A stretch of 44,549 nt of DNA, from NCBI GenBank assembly GCA_002309215.1, contig DBXG01000006.1, positions 1 to 44,549 on the forward strand, read 5' to 3'. Under the pieces are notes generated by a model. That model had not been told where the DNA came from. It saw nothing but the letters and a program-made list of their open reading frames with translations, and searched no databases. Positions 42,662 through 44,549 of this stretch are shown here, piece by piece. How positions within the stretch are numbered: the stretch's first letter is position 1; every line of letters starts with the position of its first letter. The position numbers were made by a program, and so were the translations under genes. Origin of the DNA: Alphaproteobacteria bacterium UBA1218 (GTDB taxonomy: Bacteria; Pseudomonadota; Alphaproteobacteria; Rs-D84).

Positions 42662-43570
42662 ATGAATATGTCCACATTAAAAACAAAACTGATTTTATTG
42701 AAAGAGTTATTGGCTCTGAAGGAAGTTGTTGATAAGGGTAGTATTCAGATTGCTGCATGTGAAAACGGTATCAAAAATTCTAATCTTTCCCAAATGATTA
42801 AAGAATTAGAAGACAGATTTCATACTAAACTTATCAACCGCAGTTTTGATGGCAGTCAACCGACAAATTCAGCCCAGTTGATTTATAACGACATATGTGC
42901 CATAGAAGAATTGCTTAATAAAATCGCAGAAAACTTTGTGGATATGGAGGCTTTGTCCGGTTCAATGTCTGTCTGGACCGAAGAAGGTTTGTTCGGCAGT
43001 TTTATTCTGAAAGATTTGTCTGAATTTTATGCCAAGTATCCAAAACTGCGTTTGGAATTATTGATGCGCAAAGAGCCTGATATATCCAACATGGATATTT
43101 TAATTATTAAACCAAAATTGCATCCAAATATTCATGGAACCGTTTTGTTCAAGTTCAAGACGCATCTGAAATTTTATACCAGTAAAAAATATCTGGAAAC
43201 ACATGGTGTTCCAAAAAATATAAACGATTTGCTGGAAAATCACGATTTATGTATGGTTTATCGTTATATGAATTTGCCCGAATGCCAAAGCATTATAAAA
43301 CGTGCCAAGCATTTGAATACTATTTCTGATTCATTGGCTTTGATATACAGATTGGTTAACGATGGCGACGGTATTACGGTATTTCCATCTTGGTTTGAGG
43401 ATAGCAGTAAGAATCTGGTTTGCCTGAATGATTTAGATTTTGAATACGAAATGGAAACCCAGTGCATTTGCAGAACAGAGATTGCAGAATCACCAAAAGT
43501 TTGCGCTTTCGTGAATTTCTTTATAGATTTTTGCAAGGGCCACAACGTCCCAATTGATATATATTATTAG
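42662..43570 (+). CDS. LysR-family transcriptional regulator
   Basis: The N-terminal wHTH is LKELLALKEVVDKGSIQIAACENGIKNSNLSQMIKELEDRFHTKLINRS. A substrate-binding-like domain of about 200 aa follows. Confidence 0.75.
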   Translation: MNMSTLKTKLILLKELLALKEVVDKGSIQIAACENGIKNSNLSQMIKELEDRFHTKLINRSFDGSQPTNSAQLIYNDICAIEELLNKIAENFVDMEALSGSMSVWTEEGLFGSFILKDLSEFYAKYPKLRLELLMRKEPDISNMDILIIKPKLHPNIHGTVLFKFKTHLKFYTSKKYLETHGVPKNINDLLENHDLCMVYRYMNLPECQSIIKRAKHLNTISDSLALIYRLVNDGDGITVFPSWFEDSSKNLVCLNDLDFEYEMETQCICRTEIAESPKVCAFVNFFIDFCKGHNVPIDIYY

Positions 43571-43574
43571 TTTT

Positions 43575-44249
43575 TTATTTGTATTGTGCCAATAAATCTT
43601 TCCAAGTTTGTGGCGCATCAACTTCATCAAAATATGTATCTAAGAATTGAACAATGGTCTTGTGTTTTTTTTCCAAACATTTGCGACCTGGTTCTGTCAA
43701 AGCCAAATTGCGCAACCGTAATACTTTTTGGAAAAAATGATGGATAACGGGGCTTTGGAAATCTTGTCTGTAACTTTCTGCGGTTAAATTATCGGCGGGC
43801 AAACAATCGGGAACAAAGAACGGGATTCCAGCACGACATTCCATGGCTCTGGTAAGGCATATCAGTCCAGACGCATCACACATATCTGCATCAGAAACAA
43901 TTTTACCCTCTATACAGTTTGGTTGAATACCTTGTAATCGTTTGCTGTATCCCATGTGTTTAATAATGTCCAAACATTTGTCACAAAATTCATTATCAAA
44001 CCCAGATCCAGCCAATATGCGTCTGGTGTTTGTTTGTAATCTTTCAGATTCTTCACCAAAAAGTTTATAATCATCACAGTCGTGAAGTAGGGCGGCAGCA
44101 CTAACCAGTTCTCTGTCCGCATCGGGTATTTCATCACAAAATTTCATAGCGGTTTTATATACACGAAATATATGCTTGTCATCATGACCGCGTTGGTTTT
44201 GTCCCAATAATTCAGATACAGCATTTTTGATATATTCAATCTTGTTCAT
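43575..44249 (-). CDS. HD-domain metal-dependent phosphohydrolase
   Basis: It has H...HD motifs: GHDDKHIFRV ... AALLHDCDDYK ... DADMCD. Its stop lies 4 nt from the convergent LysR stop. Confidence 0.75.
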   Translation of the reverse strand: MNKIEYIKNAVSELLGQNQRGHDDKHIFRVYKTAMKFCDEIPDADRELVSAAALLHDCDDYKLFGEESERLQTNTRRILAGSGFDNEFCDKCLDIIKHMGYSKRLQGIQPNCIEGKIVSDADMCDASGLICLTRAMECRAGIPFFVPDCLPADNLTAESYRQDFQSPVIHHFFQKVLRLRNLALTEPGRKCLEKKHKTIVQFLDTYFDEVDAPQTWKDLLAQYK

Positions 44250-44324
44250 ATGTGGTCCTCATGTTATTGCCATCGTACCACAAAAAAGTAAAATGTAAAC
44301 ACTCGAAATTTTATTTTTTGCTCT

Positions 44325-44549
44325 CTAGAATGCGCACGGATTGGCTCGGTCGGCTATGCCGATGCTGTGTGTAATAACTAAACTAGCCCGCCTACGCTGG
44401 TGCTTAATTGCGTTAAAGTGGTGACGTTTGTGTGATAAATTTTGTCTGTTGAATGCGCCGGCTACGGCGAGGCACTGAAATTTTTTAAGCCCGCACTGCG
44501 TTGTGCGGGCTAACAAATTTTCGTGGTTGGAGTGTCTTAGCATTTCTCG
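44325..44549. other. GC-rich, structured non-coding segment running to the window edge; possibly part of an unidentified ncRNA or element
   Basis: It is visibly GC-richer than its surroundings. It contains a perfect 8-bp GC-rich hairpin gcccgcac-tgcgtt-gtgcgggc (44489-44510). It also contains an imperfect direct repeat: gaatgcgc...cggctatgccgatgc (44328-44365) versus gaatgcgccggctacggcgaggc (44451-44473). I recognised no conserved RNA motifs. Confidence 0.3.

Noticed and set aside
44325-44549. I considered tmRNA (including the two-piece alphaproteobacterial form), RNase P RNA, SRP RNA or a riboswitch as the identity of the GC-rich terminal segment.
   Set aside because: On either strand I found no GGTTCGAxTCC T-loop and no plausible tag ORF ending in ...AA-stop. 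I also found no GGAAAGTCCGGGC-type P4 motif, no SRP GGAA tetraloop context and no B12/TPP/FMN core motifs. It is left unassigned.
1-44549. I looked for CRISPR arrays, IS elements/transposases, rRNA genes and prophage genes.
   Set aside because: I saw no regularly spaced direct repeats, no DDE or serine/tyrosine recombinase motifs, no rRNA-like segments and no phage structural genes. The only phage-like feature is the receptor-binding-like domain fused to paralog 5.

Overview
This is an AT-rich window (roughly 35-40% GC by eye) of gene-dense bacterial chromosome. It looks like a small-genome alphaproteobacterium. That placement is inferred from a Cys-less L31, an alpha-type repressor HTH domain and general protein similarity, not from any search. 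Core genes: rplU (partial)-rpmA, dnaQ, a UvrD-type helicase, rpmE, a SuhB/IMPase-like gene, a rearranged cell-wall block mrcA-mraY-ftsW-murG, comF, valS, an acyl-ACP thioesterase, rpmH (too short for the ORF track), gyrA, a MerR regulator and tRNA-Glu(CUC). Accessory content sits between these. (1) The strongest candidate for an undescribed system is a 7.3-kb array of five paralogous multi-pass membrane proteins at 5810-13128. Four are tightly coupled on the minus strand and one is divergent. They tentatively resemble TrbL/VirB6, no other secretion gene is nearby, all five end in Lys-Lys-type C-termini, and the fifth carries a lectin or phage-receptor-binding-like C-terminal domain. (2) A 747-aa secreted protein has 28 cysteines arranged largely as C-x6-C pairs. 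(3) An operon at 26240-29424 encodes a secreted Gly/Ala/Thr-rich protein plus two paralogous secreted trypsin-fold proteases that share a nearly identical Cys-containing N-terminal module. (4) A more AT-rich, all-minus-strand block at 33298-42106 lies around the tRNA. It holds hypothetical, lipoprotein, repeat-protein and glycosyltransferase/acetyltransferase genes, a histidine phosphatase, and a 689-aa protein that appears to combine a transglutaminase-like Cys-protease core with an S41 peptidase domain. Two GC-rich non-coding elements (501-625 and 44325-44549) remain unassigned. I saw no CRISPR array, transposase or integrase. All family assignments come from motifs read by eye and no searches were run.
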